DNA from: Octopus bimaculoides
Lineage: Eukaryota
Direction of reading: 5' to 3'
Length of the DNA: 64,000 bases
NCBI RefSeq assembly: GCF_001194135.2
Contig: NC_068989.1
Coordinates: 10,903,652 to 10,967,651, forward strand
Both the position numbers and the translations under genes were made by a program. This document shows positions 49,227 through 62,130 of the stretch, piece after piece. The notes below the pieces were generated by a model that saw only the letters and a program-made list of their open reading frames with translations, was not told the DNA's origin and did no database searches. Every line of letters begins with the position of its first letter. Positions within the stretch are counted from its first letter, which is position 1.

Positions 49227-52200
49227 CGTGCGTGCGTGCGTGCGTGCGTGCGTGTATATATATATATATATAGTTAAAATTTATAGAAAAACAAAAGACG
49301 AAGACAGATAGATGTATGAACAACAAGCAAGTGTANNNNNNNNNNNNNNNNNNNNNNNNNNNNNNNNNNNNNNNNNNNNNNNNNNNNNNNNNNNNNNNNN
49401 NNNNNNNNNNNNNNNNNNNNNNNNNNNNNNNNNNNNNNNNNNNNNNNNNNNNNNNNNNNNNNNNNNNNNNNNNNNNNNNNNNNNNNNNNNNNNNNNNNNN
49501 NNNNNNNNNNNNNNNNNNNNNNNNNNNNNNNNNNNNNNNNNNNNNNNNNNNNNNNNNNNNNNNNNNNNNNNNNNNNNNTATATATATATATATATATATA
49601 TGTGCGCATACATCCTATTTATATATGCACACATATATATGTAACACAAACATACGCATACACTCAAGCACAAGCATGTACACATATATAAGACACGCAA
49701 ACTGTTTTGTGTTACTGGAAACATCAACCTGAGATGTAAACAGATCGTATTTCCCACGCAAGGAGGCTGGCCTAAAATCTGTATTAATATTGTATGAGAT
49801 CCGAATGGTAACAAAGCAGTAACGTCTCGAGCAGAGAAAGAAGGTCAGTAACTATCGTGTTCATATTTGTGAGTCTGAAAATAGCAATACCATTGGGATA
49901 GTTAAGGAACAAGAGGAAAGATATGAAATAAAAGTTCACACAAGAAAAGTTCTCTCCAAATAACATCGGGAAAATAGTTTTCAATAAAACGACTAAGCTA
50001 AAAGAGAGATAATCAAGTTCGCCGAGAATGTCGAATATGGGTTCTTGAACAGAAGAAAATCGGTCCCAAGAGACTTTCCAAGGAGTATCAACAAGTATGT
50101 AAAATAATTTGAAGGATTTTATTCTTAGATTTATCTCCAGAAAGTCATGAAGATTACCTGCCTGATTAAAACCATTGTAATTCAGTGACGTCACTGATCC
50201 ATTTGAGACAGACATGTCGTTCCCCTATTCTCTCCATTGTTCTGTGAATTTAATATTTTACTTTCTTGCATTTAAATTATATAAGCTAAATGCATTGTGT
50301 AAGTTTACGTATTTAGAATGTTCATACTTTAGTCTAGACACGAAGAGAGTTTGTGTGTGTGTTTATGCGTATGTGTGTGTGTGTGTGTGCGTACGTGTGT
50401 GTGTGTTTGTGTGCTTGACTTTACATAATATACAGTCATTATTATAATGTGCATGTTTTACTTCTGTCAATAGAAGAGTTCCCAACTACTATCAAGTTGG
50501 TACAGTGTCCTTCCAGTTATCGTAGTAAATTGAGAAACAGAACACGTTGTAAACTGTCTCTGTGTCCAATACAAGCGTCGTTCGTTACATTCTTAAACGT
50601 CTGATCAAACTTTAACAACAATTGTATGATACAATAACTAGTAACCTATTGACTAAATAAAGCTATTAAGTCAACAGATAGGATCTTTGTTTTGTTATGT
50701 GTAAATACATAGGACTCTCTCATAATAGTAGCATTGTATCTTGGCTGATGTATTTTAAAGACAGCGTATGAACTTTACTTGGAGGTCAACATGTTGGGTA
50801 TATTGTCGGTTGGTTAAACGAAAGTTCAGTATTCAGTACTGAAGCACCAGTTATAGCTTGTGTAAAGTAATAAACAGCAGTTTATCAGATAATCGCTGCA
50901 GTTTATAAGACAAGTTCTGAGTTCAAATGTTCACAAGGTCATTTGGCATTTTAAACTTTTAATCTTTATGTACCAGTAATCTTCATTGTGAATGTTTACT
51001 TCCAGATCGGCCTTGATCGAACTAACCGAAGATTAAATGCATTTCAACGTGATCAAGCCTTGTTATCGAAAATGACCTTGTTTTTTAAAAGAATAGAGTG
51101 TAATTTGAAGCGATTTAATATTACACCCTATTCGCTTTATAATTTAAAAAAATATGGGTGTAATATTGAATGACTACGTTGAGAATACTCAAATTGGTTT
51201 GTCCACAATTCTGTTATCAGTTCTTTACAAAAATGACTAAATATCTCCCATGTGATATTATGTCTATACTAGAATATAATCTAGGCTTGGGAGAAACCAA
51301 TGAAGGTCTGTGTTGGCAACACATAACCCAATGCGAAATGTGGTCGTTAAATAAAATCGTTGTTTCCGACATAATCACAGGGTTAATGAAGTATGCGTAG
51401 AGGTTTGGATGGTTAAATTGACCGCCATATTTGACTGGGCGGAAGGCAAGTTTGATCTCTCTGTGGTTTGGACTCAGAACAAATTCCTCAAACCTTTCTG
51501 CCAGTACAACACTTTCATAATAAGGCGGTGAGCTGGCGTGTTCCTATTCATCCTATGAACTACGGTAATTTGAACTGTGAAAGTCGCAGCAAAAGAATTA
51601 GCTATGAGAAATCTAGGACAGTTCACATTATATTCCTTATCATGTGCTGTAACAGTCTCCAATCATGGCTTTTTGTTTTTCTAAATATTGTGTGCACAAC
51701 AACCAAATACTTTAGCCAAAATAAAATTAGACATGTTTATATTTGGTACAATTGTTGTAAGTAAATTAAAACCCTTTTTCTCGTTCATATTTCTATTTTT
51801 TCAAAAACACCCAACAAAAATTAAAGGACACTGGAAAATAGCATAATTTGGCTGACGCTGGTTCAAACTTATAGTTTGGGGAAATATTTTTACTCATATG
51901 TCTGTAGAAAGCAGCGTTGTAAATATTTAGCAAACTTTATATTTCCAGAAACCTAAACAGAGGCGTTAAAAAACACTATCTCGCAGTGTAAAATAATAAT
52001 GTCGCAGTAAATAAAGTTAAGTGTTATGATTGAATCGTGTCATTAAAATCTACAATAATAAAAGGATCTTGAAAACCACATTATAATTTTTAAAAAAAGG
52101 AATACATCAAAATTAGAATTTACAAAAATTTTCTTAACGGTATAGACTTTAATACTTGCTTTCTTTTACTAAAAGTTGCATACTCATAACTAATTAATAA

Positions 52201-52634
52201 GCAACTTCCTTTTCGTTATAGTATAGAAAGTATGACCGTTCACAAAGTTCATTCAAACTTGATTGATAGATCATAGGACGCAAATAATAATTTAAATATT
52301 TAATATTAATTTAAATATTAACCCTGATACTAATTATTAAAATTCTAACCAATTACTTAATTCCTCATTAAGACAATGAAAAATTTCAGGGTTAAGCATA
52401 GTGGTGAAAAATGGCTATTGACAGAAATTTATTTGTTCGTAAACGAATGATTTGTTTTTCTGTTCTTACACACCATGTACCATTCTTGAAATTACAGCAC
52501 TTATACACGAAGGAAACGTTGCTTATTCCAAGTAACTGACAACTCAAAGAGTCTCCGACTGACCTTGTTTCGGTTCAGTTGTCAAATGATTGTGCGATGC
52601 GTTCGAGTGTAAAAGGGATCATTGTATGACCGAC

Positions 52635-52691
<57 letters not shown>

Positions 52692-52697
<6 letters not shown>

Positions 52698-52748
52698 TCA
52701 CTGCCTGAAATCTAACTCCGAATCTTGGGGTTAGTAGCCCGCGCTCTT
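52692..52748 (-). other. tRNA-like (SINE-head) fragment, truncated by a gap and followed by (AAT)n
   Basis: Reverse complement AAGAGCGCGGGCTACTAACCCCAAGATTCGGAGTTAGATTTCAGGCAGTGACCTGAATAAT has an anticodon-arm-like GGG-CTACTAA-CCC and a degenerate B-box. It is not a functional tRNA gene as seen. Confidence 0.6.
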
Positions 52749-52778
52749 NNNNNNNNNNNNNNNNNNNNNNNNNNNNNN

Positions 52779-52849
<71 letters not shown>

Positions 52850-52854
52850 TAACA

Positions 52855-53021
52855 ACATCAAAAAAAAAGGAATGAGAACCCAGGTTCGAAATTTCCCCAA
52901 GACACCTGATGAAGGCTGGAGGGTATATCAGCCGAAACGTTGTGTTAACAACAAACAAGATGAGGACAAATATCTGTCAAATGTAAATAATGTACATAAT
53001 TCCTCATCTCTTAAATATAGA
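52855..53021 (+). mobile_element. Short repeat family F
   Basis: Near-identical to 41150-41325; preceded by (AAT)n. Confidence 0.9.
52901..52946 (+). ncRNA. Minimal type-I hammerhead ribozyme motif with canonical core
   Basis: GACAC-CUGAUGA-A-GGCUG(10 nt)CAGCC-GAAA-CGUU|GUGUU; predicted cleavage after 52941. Confidence 0.75.
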
Positions 53022-54550
53022 CCTTTAGAATTATATTTACTGAAATTAGTGTTTAGTGTCCTGCAAGGTTCACTTAGAACGGTTATTTATACATTTACTC
53101 TTATTGTTGTTAAACTAGTTAAATTTTACTTTCACGTAACTGGTTATTCTGTAATTTTACCGGCGAATATTTCAAATGTTAAAAAAAAAAGACTCAAATT
53201 AATTTATGGTTAGGGTTATGTACCATTTGTCCCAGTCGAGTGATACTCTCATCAGAAAAAAAAATGCTGATGTATCAAAATCTGACAGAATAGTCATTAT
53301 ATTTGACGATTGTTGTACTTTTATCAAACTTGACCTGACCTTAAGCCAATGGTTCACAAGAGATTCAATTTATCTCATTTCTTAACTTTTAACAACTATT
53401 TCTCTACTTTTCTCTCCCTCTCTCTTTAAAATCCCCCTCTCTTTCTAACTATCTGTTTCTCTTCCTAAACACTCGCTTCCTTGCATCACAATTCTCGATG
53501 CCTCTCTTTAGCTCCCTTATCTTTTCCTTCTCTCTTTTCTCTTTCTATTACTTCACTGTTCTATTTTATATTACTCCCACTCTCTCCTCTAACACTCTTG
53601 AAAAATGTTTCTCTCACCTTTTCCTTCTTTTCCCAGCATTTTTCTTTTTCCTTCTTTTTCCCAGTGTTTCTCTTCATCTTCGTTTTAAATATCTCTGTCG
53701 TCTTTTTCTGTCTTCACATCACCTTATTTTCACCGTCTCTCCAACATATCCTCTCTCTCAGTCTATAACCATTACTGGCACCACACTTCCTACGTAATAA
53801 GTTTTAAAACACTCAATTATCCGTCAGTTATTACATTGTGTATAACTTTCGAGAAAATCGCAATTTTCTCAAGTTGTGTTAAACACAAGATACGCAGAGA
53901 AATACTTGCTCTCCTTTTTTTTTAAAAAAAAAACAACGCCAGTTCCTTAGTATCTTTGACCTTTCATTACAGATTTTAGACATGTTGCTTTCTCTACTCC
54001 CCCGCCCCCATCTCTCCATCTATCTCTTGCTCTCTTTTGATTTTTTATTCAAGTATTATTACTCCACTAAGCAGTTATTATAGTTTAGATATACGTCATT
54101 TACTGAAGATCAAAGCCCGGAAACAAGTTCTATTTTTTTTTTCTACTCGAACTCCTGCAAACATTTTGATAAAATAAATTACTGGGTCAGTTAAGTCCAT
54201 TTGTCATGTCAAGTTTACAAACTGTTAACTTAAGCTGTTTGGTTATGTCTTTGGGGTTTTATTTTTGTTTTATAAATTACGTCCCTTCCAACGTTTCGAA
54301 CTCCGTTCGTCATCAAATGTGTAATAATCGTCATGTTTATGTACATGTGCACAGATTACATTCCAACTTGCTAACAACTATGCCACTGTTCTTGCGGCAC
54401 AGTCTCATAGCTAGATGATGGGATATATTTATTGAGGTTTATATTTAATTGGAATGTTTCTTTGTTTCTAAATTAGGGGATAAAACACGAGAAGGAAAGG
54501 AGTTCAATAGGTGTATAGAAAATCGGAATTAAAAAAATAAAGAAAAGAAT

Positions 54551-54697
54551 AGGCGTGGCTGTGTGATTAAGAAGTTCGTTTCGCAACCACGTGGTTTTGG
54601 GGTTCAATCCCATGTGCGGCACCTTGCAAATTTACTGTAATAGCACCGGCTCAATCAGCGCTTTGTGAATTAATTTGGTAGACGGAAACTGAGGAGA
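54551..54697 (+). mobile_element. SINE family B, 5' half
   Basis: AGGCGTGGCTGTGTGATTAAGAAG...GGTTCAATCCC...TTTGGTAGACGGAAACTG. Confidence 0.8.
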
Positions 54698-54983
54698 AGA
54701 TTGTTGTGTGCATGTGCATTTCAAAATGTAACCACATGTGAATCGTTGGCGATTTTTTTTGATTTTACCTCTGTCTTCTTTTTCTATTCTACTTTCCTCT
54801 GTCTCCTATTTCTTTGCTCGAAACGTAAACCCACCTTTCTTTCCTTCCTTGAGCGTCTGCTAATACTTTACATGTACCACGTCTTCGCGTTGCTTTTTTG
54901 TGTCTGTTCTTGTTTTTTTTGTTTTTTTTTTGGCGGATGGGGATTTACATATATATATATATATATAAACATATATATATTCG

Positions 54984-55148
54984 CCATGATAGATCGCTAG
55001 CCACTACACATTATTTTTTCCTCTCTTTGTTTCTCTCCTTGTTTCTTTCTATGTTCCTTTCTGTGGAAGAGCGTAGGCTCGAAATGTTAAAGACTTTTTC
55101 ACTTTCCGAGCGTTATACTAATACGTCTGTTTGTTGTCTACACCACCT
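54984..55148 (+). mobile_element. Short repeat family G, with variant hammerhead-like motif at 55057-55092
   Basis: CTTT-CTGTGGA-A-GAGC-GTAG-GCTC-GAAA-TGTT-AAAG; truncated by a gap. Confidence 0.8.
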
Positions 55149-57110
55149 NNNNNNNNNNNNNNNNNNNNNNNNNNNNNNNNNNNNNNNNNNNNNNNNNNNN
55201 NNNNNNNNNNNNNNNNNNNNNNNNNNNNNNNNNNNNNNNNNNNNNNNNNNNNNNNNNNNNNNNNNNNNNNNNNNNNNNNNNNNNNNNNNNNNNNNNNNNN
55301 NNNNNNNNNNNNNNNNNNNNNNNNNNNNNNNNNNNNNNNNNNNNNNNNNNNNNNNNNNNNNNNNNNNNNNNNNNNNNNNNNNNNNNNNNNNNNNNNNNNN
55401 NNNNNNNNNNNNNNNNNNNNNNNNNNNNNNNNNNNNNNNNNNNNNNNNNNNNNNNNNNNNNNNNNNNNNNNNNNNNNNNNNNNNNNNNNNNNNNNNNNNN
55501 NNNNNNNNNNNNNNNNNNNNNNNNNNNNNNNNNNNNNNNNNNNNNNNNNNNNNNNNNNNNNNNNNNNNNNNNNNNNNNNNNNNNNNNNNNNNNNNNNNNN
55601 NNNNNNNNNNNNNNNNNNNNNNNNNNNNNNNNNNNNNNNNNNNNNNNNNNNNNNNNNNNNNNNNNNNNNNNNNNNNNNNNNNNNNNNNNNNNNNNNNNNN
55701 NNNNNNNNNNNNNNNNNNNNNNNNNNNNNNNNNNNNNNNNNNNNNNNNNNNNNNNNNNNNNNNNNNNNNNNNNNNNNNNNNNNNNNNNNNNNNNNNNNNN
55801 NNNNNNNNNNNNNNNNNNNNNNNNNNNNNNNNNNNNNNNNNNNNNNNNNNNNNNNNNNNNNNNNNNNNNNNNNNNNNNNNNNNNNNNNNNNNNNNNNNNN
55901 NNNNNNNNATATATATATGAATCAATGGGCTGCATCCAGTTGTTTGAGAATTTATATGTGTCCTATATATAAAAAAAGTATATAAGTTAGTCATTCAAGA
56001 ATGACTAACTGAACAATATATACACACGCACACAAACTCACTCGTACATACAGATACACACTCGTATTCAGAACTCCGTCAGCAATTCAAGTTGATCAAT
56101 ATCACCATGACTCGGATTTTAAAGGAAAAAGAGATCTTGATGTGAAGCTTTCTCTCTCTCTTTCTTGTCTTCAGACTTCCTTATTTTTCTGATTGAAAGC
56201 ATTCTCAAATTCCATTTGAAATCAATGAAATATAGTCTTTCATATTTCCGAACAATTATTACACTATATTGTATTTTAAACAAAAACTTTCAAATTCCCC
56301 TGGCAGTCATCTAATAGCAATCTTAAAATCTTCGCAAACCAGCTTATGGCAGCATTCTTCATATAGCAATTATGGAATTAGGCAAAACGGGATTCCTATA
56401 CTGTAAATCAAAATTTTGATATATTATTTCTATCAATTAGATTTTTTAAACCAAGAACTGTGTTTGTGTGATATTTTTTTTAAATGAATAACTTTTTAAA
56501 AGAAAGATCAAAACATCTGCTGCGGTAATACCAGCTATAGAAACAGACTGTTTGTATGTCATTGCATTTGAATACCATTTGTTGGAACAATGGTTGTAAT
56601 CATTACTGCCTTAATGCCGCCAACTTTTCTAGGTTAGTAGGTAGTTGTTGGGGCGGCGTTGGCAGCGGTTTTGCTTGTGGGGTTTTTTTTTTACGATGAT
56701 CGTGATGTTTGCATTGGTGGTGGTGGTGGTGGTGGTGGTGGTGGTGGTGACGACGGTGGTAGTGGTGTTGGTGGTGACGGTGGTGATGGTAATGCTGAGG
56801 TGGTGGTGCTGGTGCTGGTGGTGTTTGCGGTTTTTATGATGTGATGTTTGTATTGCTTGCGTTGATGGTGCGAGTGTTTGTGCTCCTACAACTAACTGTT
56901 GTTGTTTTTGTCGTCGTCGTTGTTGTTGTTGTTGTTGCTATTGTTTCTGGTGGTGATGGTTGTGGCGGCGATAGTGGTGGAGGCGGCGGTGGCGGTGACA
57001 TTATAACAGTAACGGTAGTGGTGTGGTGGTGGTGGTGGTGGTGGATGCCATATACAACTGATTAGCACTTTCATCGCAACTTGCATAAATACAGCTTCAC
57101 TCATACTACA

Positions 57111-57142
<32 letters not shown>

Positions 57143-57651
57143 CAGTTAACATATATAAACACAATTACACGTAATTTCCAGTGAAATCTACTCTAATTTA
57201 TTTTTACTCAATGCAAGCACGTTAATATCGGTTAACACACGCGTTTATCATTGCAGTTTATTTCCTGCAATGGCATTTAACCCGTCAATAAAACCCAAAT
57301 TATTACAACTCTTACTTGACCCTGTTAATCCTTATGTAGCAGAAAAGTCAACAAAGCTTTCTTCAGTACATAATATATAAAACTATTATATATAATCTAG
57401 CCTTACTAACCCGAAGAGCCATTTAAAACTATAAACGGATCAACATCAAACTTGTTATCAAGCAGTTCAAATCCTAAAGTTAACCCTTCGGATACAAATG
57501 GAACCCCCCTATTTTAAATATGTTAATGTTTACGTAATGGTCTATCGGTGGGGAAGTTATCGTCAAAGCTGATATTAATGAAACCACGTGCATAGTAATG
57601 CCCAAAGTAGTCATTTGTTCAACAGGCTGGCTGTGTGGTCAGAAGCTTTAT

Positions 57652-57882
57652 GGCAGCGAGCTGGCAGAAACGTTAGCACGCCGGGCGAAATGCTTAGTGG
57701 TATTTCGTCTGCCTTTACGTTTTGAGTTCAAATTCCACCGAGGTCGACTTTGCCATTCATCCTTTCGGAGTGGATTAAATAAGTACCAGTTACGCACTGG
57801 GGTCGATATAATCGACTTAATCCGTTTGTCTGTCCTTGTTTGTCCCCTCTGTGTGTAGCCCCTTGTGGGCAGTAAAGAAATA
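57652..57882 (+). mobile_element. SINE family A, full length, inserted into the head of a family B SINE
   Basis: TSD AGAAGCTT at 57641-57648 and 57883-57890. The flanks rejoin as GGCTGTGTGGTCAGAAGCTTACTTCCCAA (family B head). Confidence 0.9.
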
Positions 57883-58000
57883 AGAAGCTTACTTCCCAAA
57901 CACATTAAAGAAACCATGGAAGAGAACACTAAGATTTAAATGGATTGAAAATAAAAGAGTGACATGGAGTGGTGAGCGGGTTTGAAGTTTATCTTGTGGT

Positions 58001-58340
58001 CTTTTACTTGTTTCAGTCATTGGACTGCAGCCATACTGGAGCACTGCCTTCAGGAATTTTAGTCGAACTAATTTTAGTTGAATGAATAGACCCATTGCTT
58101 GGCACCTTGGATAGGTGTCTTCTACTATAGCCTCGGGTCGTCCAGAGCCTTGTGAGTGGATTTGGTAAACGGAAACTGAGAGAATCCCTTTGTATGTATG
58201 TCTGTGTCTGTGTGTCCGTCTGTTCTCCACCACCGCTTGGCAACCAGTGTTGGCGTGTTTACGTCCCCGTAACTTAGCGGTTCGACAAAATATATCGATA
58301 TAAAAATTACCAGACTTAAAAAAGTAGTGATCGATTCAAT
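58001..58340. mobile_element. SINE family B with an internal inversion
   Basis: Tail in - orientation (58001-58095) joined to the body in + orientation (58101-58340). Confidence 0.85.
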
Positions 58341-59631
58341 GTGTGTGTATGTGTGTGAGTGTGCGCGCATATATGTGTGTGTGTGTGCATATATGTGTGT
58401 GTATATGTGTATGCTTACATGCATGTATATATTCCCCACCCACAGCCGCCTTCTTTCCCACCGCTCCGAATCCTCCAACCTAACCCACCACTTCTCATAT
58501 CTTCTGCAAACCACTCTTCACTTCTTCAAGCACACCAAGCCTGAATCCCTTCTGAGCTCACATCGCTGCTGTCACCCCAGCCTCCACGCTTGATCTAACC
58601 ACCATTCCTACACATAACCTTCCCCTGTACAAATCTTATTTGTTGCTTGAAATACTCCCCTTGCTACTCCTATATATCAGGTAGAGTGGATGACGCTTGC
58701 CTGACCGCTCCACTGAGCACCTTTGGAATATTTATCTTTATAATGATTCCCCCGTCGCTCACAATTTCCACGCACCAGATCACTTCACTTGACATCTCTA
58801 CCTATTCAATGTAGCTCTATGCAGTTGTACTCAAGTTTATCGTCTCCAACGCGAACTAGCACTCATTTTCGCCCTTCAAGCATTGAATTTAACTACTACA
58901 AATACAGTGACACATTCACACTATTCATGTATTTCCACTACATCTCCATAAATACGATAATCACATGTACACATAGCCCCCAAAACAACAAAACACATTT
59001 AAATGACACGCACATACGCATTAGACACATTCAGACTATCATATATAGTGTTCATACATTCATGTATACGAGGCTCAAGCAACACAGCAACAGACACAAA
59101 ACATCAAAAATGCATACATATACAGCAACAATGAAATACACATTCTCAAAGCAATGATATACGCATACTCACACCCACTCGTCGTAACACTACCATCACA
59201 CCCTGGAAACACAGCTAATACATACGTCTGCGCAGACATGCAAATGCATGCACACACACACACACACACACACGACACAGCAATACATCATCTATGAATG
59301 CTAACCTCCACACACAAGGCATACATAGTACACACTAAATAAACGAACCACACAAACACGCAAACACACACACACCTACATGCAGATGCGCATGCACATA
59401 CGTACAAACATACATAAAGCCGTACTCATTTGACAACAACATATCCATACATACATGCATACACTGGCAGCCTCATGCTGGATTTAAAGAGAAAATAAAT
59501 TCTGGAAATTAAGAATTAATTTCATAAAAACTTATTAATTGTTTGTTTACATCTGACGTCTCGATACGAAACGTTATAGCAAAAATCAGTGCTGGCTATA
59601 ATTCTAAAGAATATCTGTAGAAATAATCTTA

Positions 59632-59775
59632 GGAGTGGTTTGCTTACCAACCACATAGTTCCGGGTTCAGTCCCACTGCGTGACACCTTGGGCAAGTGTC
59701 TTCTACTATAGCCTCGGGCCGACCAAAGCCTTGTGGGTGGATTTGGTAGACGAAAACTGAAAGAAGCTCGTCGTA
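59632..59775 (+). mobile_element. SINE family B, 5' half
   Basis: GGGTTCAGTCCCACTGCGTGACACCTTGGGCAAGTGTCTTCTACTATAGCCTCGGGCCGACC. Confidence 0.85.
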
Positions 59776-59844
59776 TATATATATATGTGTATATCAGGGT
59801 CACTTTTCCTGTCTGTATATGTATCAATATATTAATGTCTCAAA

Positions 59845-60150
59845 GCCTGGGACATTGAAGCTCAGGACAGGCCTGGCATGGACAAATCATTTTGATGCTG
59901 AACGACAAAGGAAAGAGGAAGAAAAACGACAAGAAAGGAAGAGAAACGATAACGGAGGCCACAACAGCCAAAGCTTCCATCACGGATCCTTTGTGAACTT
60001 TCCAACAGACACGTCCATGCAAGAATCGGCCTCATTAGTCATCAGAGGCATGAACACGGACAGAGGGGAAGAAGTGGTCAAGAAGAAACCAAATAAATTA
60101 TCGGACACACGATAAAACGCTGACGACGACGACGACGACGACGACGACGA
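59845..60150 (+). pseudogene. RTE-clade LINE 3' end with a (GAC)n tail
   Basis: Frame-shifted AWDIEAQDRP...HFDAERQRKEEEKRQERK.R...NRHVHARIGLISHQRHE matches the RTE C-terminal WE..A.DR..W / SRIGL.SH pattern. Confidence 0.75.
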
Positions 60151-60852
60151 TATATTAATAATACATAAGTCTTAACTGCTGAGCTTAATACTCTTCACAG
60201 ATGAGACCTAAAAAGACTGAAAAATGATCATTGCTTTCCACAGTTGTGTTTAAAAACGAAATCCTCTCCTGACTACATTGTCTATATTATCAAAAAATTA
60301 CGTACAGTTCAACTGCATGTATGTACGTATGAACGTACTATGTATATCTATACAGGCAGATTGGCGGATGATCTGTGAGTTTTTGTTAGCTTTTGGCATT
60401 CTGATTCTATGTGTGTGGATTCAAATTCAACGGTTGGCCACGTTCTCACTCTTCATGCAATGGAACACATCTTCAAGGTGGACAACAATGAATTACGGTA
60501 CAGACGCCTCTCTGCATTCGGACAGGCTTACCATCACTGCAACATATGGGATTTTTTAAAACCAAACACCGTTGGGTTCGAACGATAATTTTTTTCTCCA
60601 CAACAACTAAACTTACAAACGAATATTTCCCATGGTTTCAGAAATGCCACCGAGGATGTCTGTGTGTGTGTGTATGCGTATGTAGGTGTGAGGATATGTC
60701 TTTCGTTTTCCCTTTCTTTTCAGTCGACCAATGAGAGACAAGATCTATCCGCCTCTTTCTCTTTTTAACTTTCTCTCTCTCTCTCTCTCTCTTTTTCACT
60801 CTCTCCTTGTCTCTCCCTGTCTCTCTCGCTCTCTATCTCTCTATCTACCACG

Positions 60853-60895
<43 letters not shown>

Positions 60896-61217
60896 GCTCG
60901 CTCGCTCGCTCGCTGGCCCTCAGTATATCCATATATGAATATATAAATTAAGTATGTGTGAATGTATGCATATATNNNNNNNNNNNNNNNNNNNNNNNNN
61001 NNNNNNNNNNNNNNNNNNNNNNNNNNNNNNNNNNNNNNNNNNNNNNNNNNNNNNNNNNNNNNNNNNNNNNNTATATATAAATAAATAATACAGAATGGGA
61101 CAAGGACGCATATTTATATATTATTTATACATATATATATATATATATAGTGGTGTACGTACACCTTGTCTCTTATATGTAAGTATATATATATATATAT
61201 ATATATACTTATATACT

Positions 61218-61261
<44 letters not shown>

Positions 61262-61283
61262 TACATACACATACATGCATGCA

Positions 61284-61314
<31 letters not shown>

Positions 61315-61326
61315 TTCTCCTCACAG

Positions 61327-61407
61327 CGATCTTCGGTCTTCGGTCAGTCAACAACGAGAAGAGAAGAAAAGCCAGCAGATCTTTTGACATTCTTCAATAA
61401 TAATCTG
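61327..61407 (+). CDS. Candidate 81-nt symmetric exon of an unidentified gene ([27 protein letters not shown])
   Basis: Acceptor ATTTCTCCTCACAG, donor CTG|GTAAGC. Length is divisible by 3 and only phase 0 is open. Confidence 0.4.
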
Positions 61408-61873
61408 GTAAGCAAAAAGTAAAACAATCTCATCCACACCAAGACATAAACAATATAATCAATACCACAACTGAAATAAGTCAATTGTTGGCTAACAATA
61501 CTTTAATATAAAGTAACATCTGCTCTTCTTCTACAGAACATGCAGCCATCTTTTATTGAAAGTTTCCCCAATACTCTTGTCGCTTCACGGCTTTCTAAAC
61601 ATTCTTTCATTTCAAGAATTCGTTTCGATGCTATATTTCTTTGTTTGCTTGTGTTTTTGTTGTTGCTTTTTTTTTTCTTTGGTGGCGGGTAGCATTTCTT
61701 ATTCATTCTGCTTAGTTCCAGGTTGTTTTGTTTTGTTTTTTGTTTTGCTCTTCTTTTTGTTTTATTTCGTAATACACCGTGATTGATGTTTTCGGTTTAT
61801 CAATTGCAAGCTATTGTCTGCATGTCTATACACGCGCGTGCAGACGCATGCACACAAACGCACACACTCGTAA

Positions 61874-61947
<74 letters not shown>

Positions 61948-62060
61948 AGAATGTAGGCTTATACATACACGCAAACACACACAGACACACACACGCACGT
62001 GTACATGTGTATATATACATATATAAACATATACATACATTTATATAAAGGTAAGAGAGC

Positions 62061-62130
<70 letters not shown>

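Noticed and set aside
49784-51400. 143-aa minus ORF and neighbouring unique sequence, possibly a decayed transposon
   Set aside because: I could not match any motif confidently in six frames.
60356-60374. 19-nt micro-exon candidate upstream of 61327
   Set aside because: The frame needed to join the 81-nt exon contains a stop.
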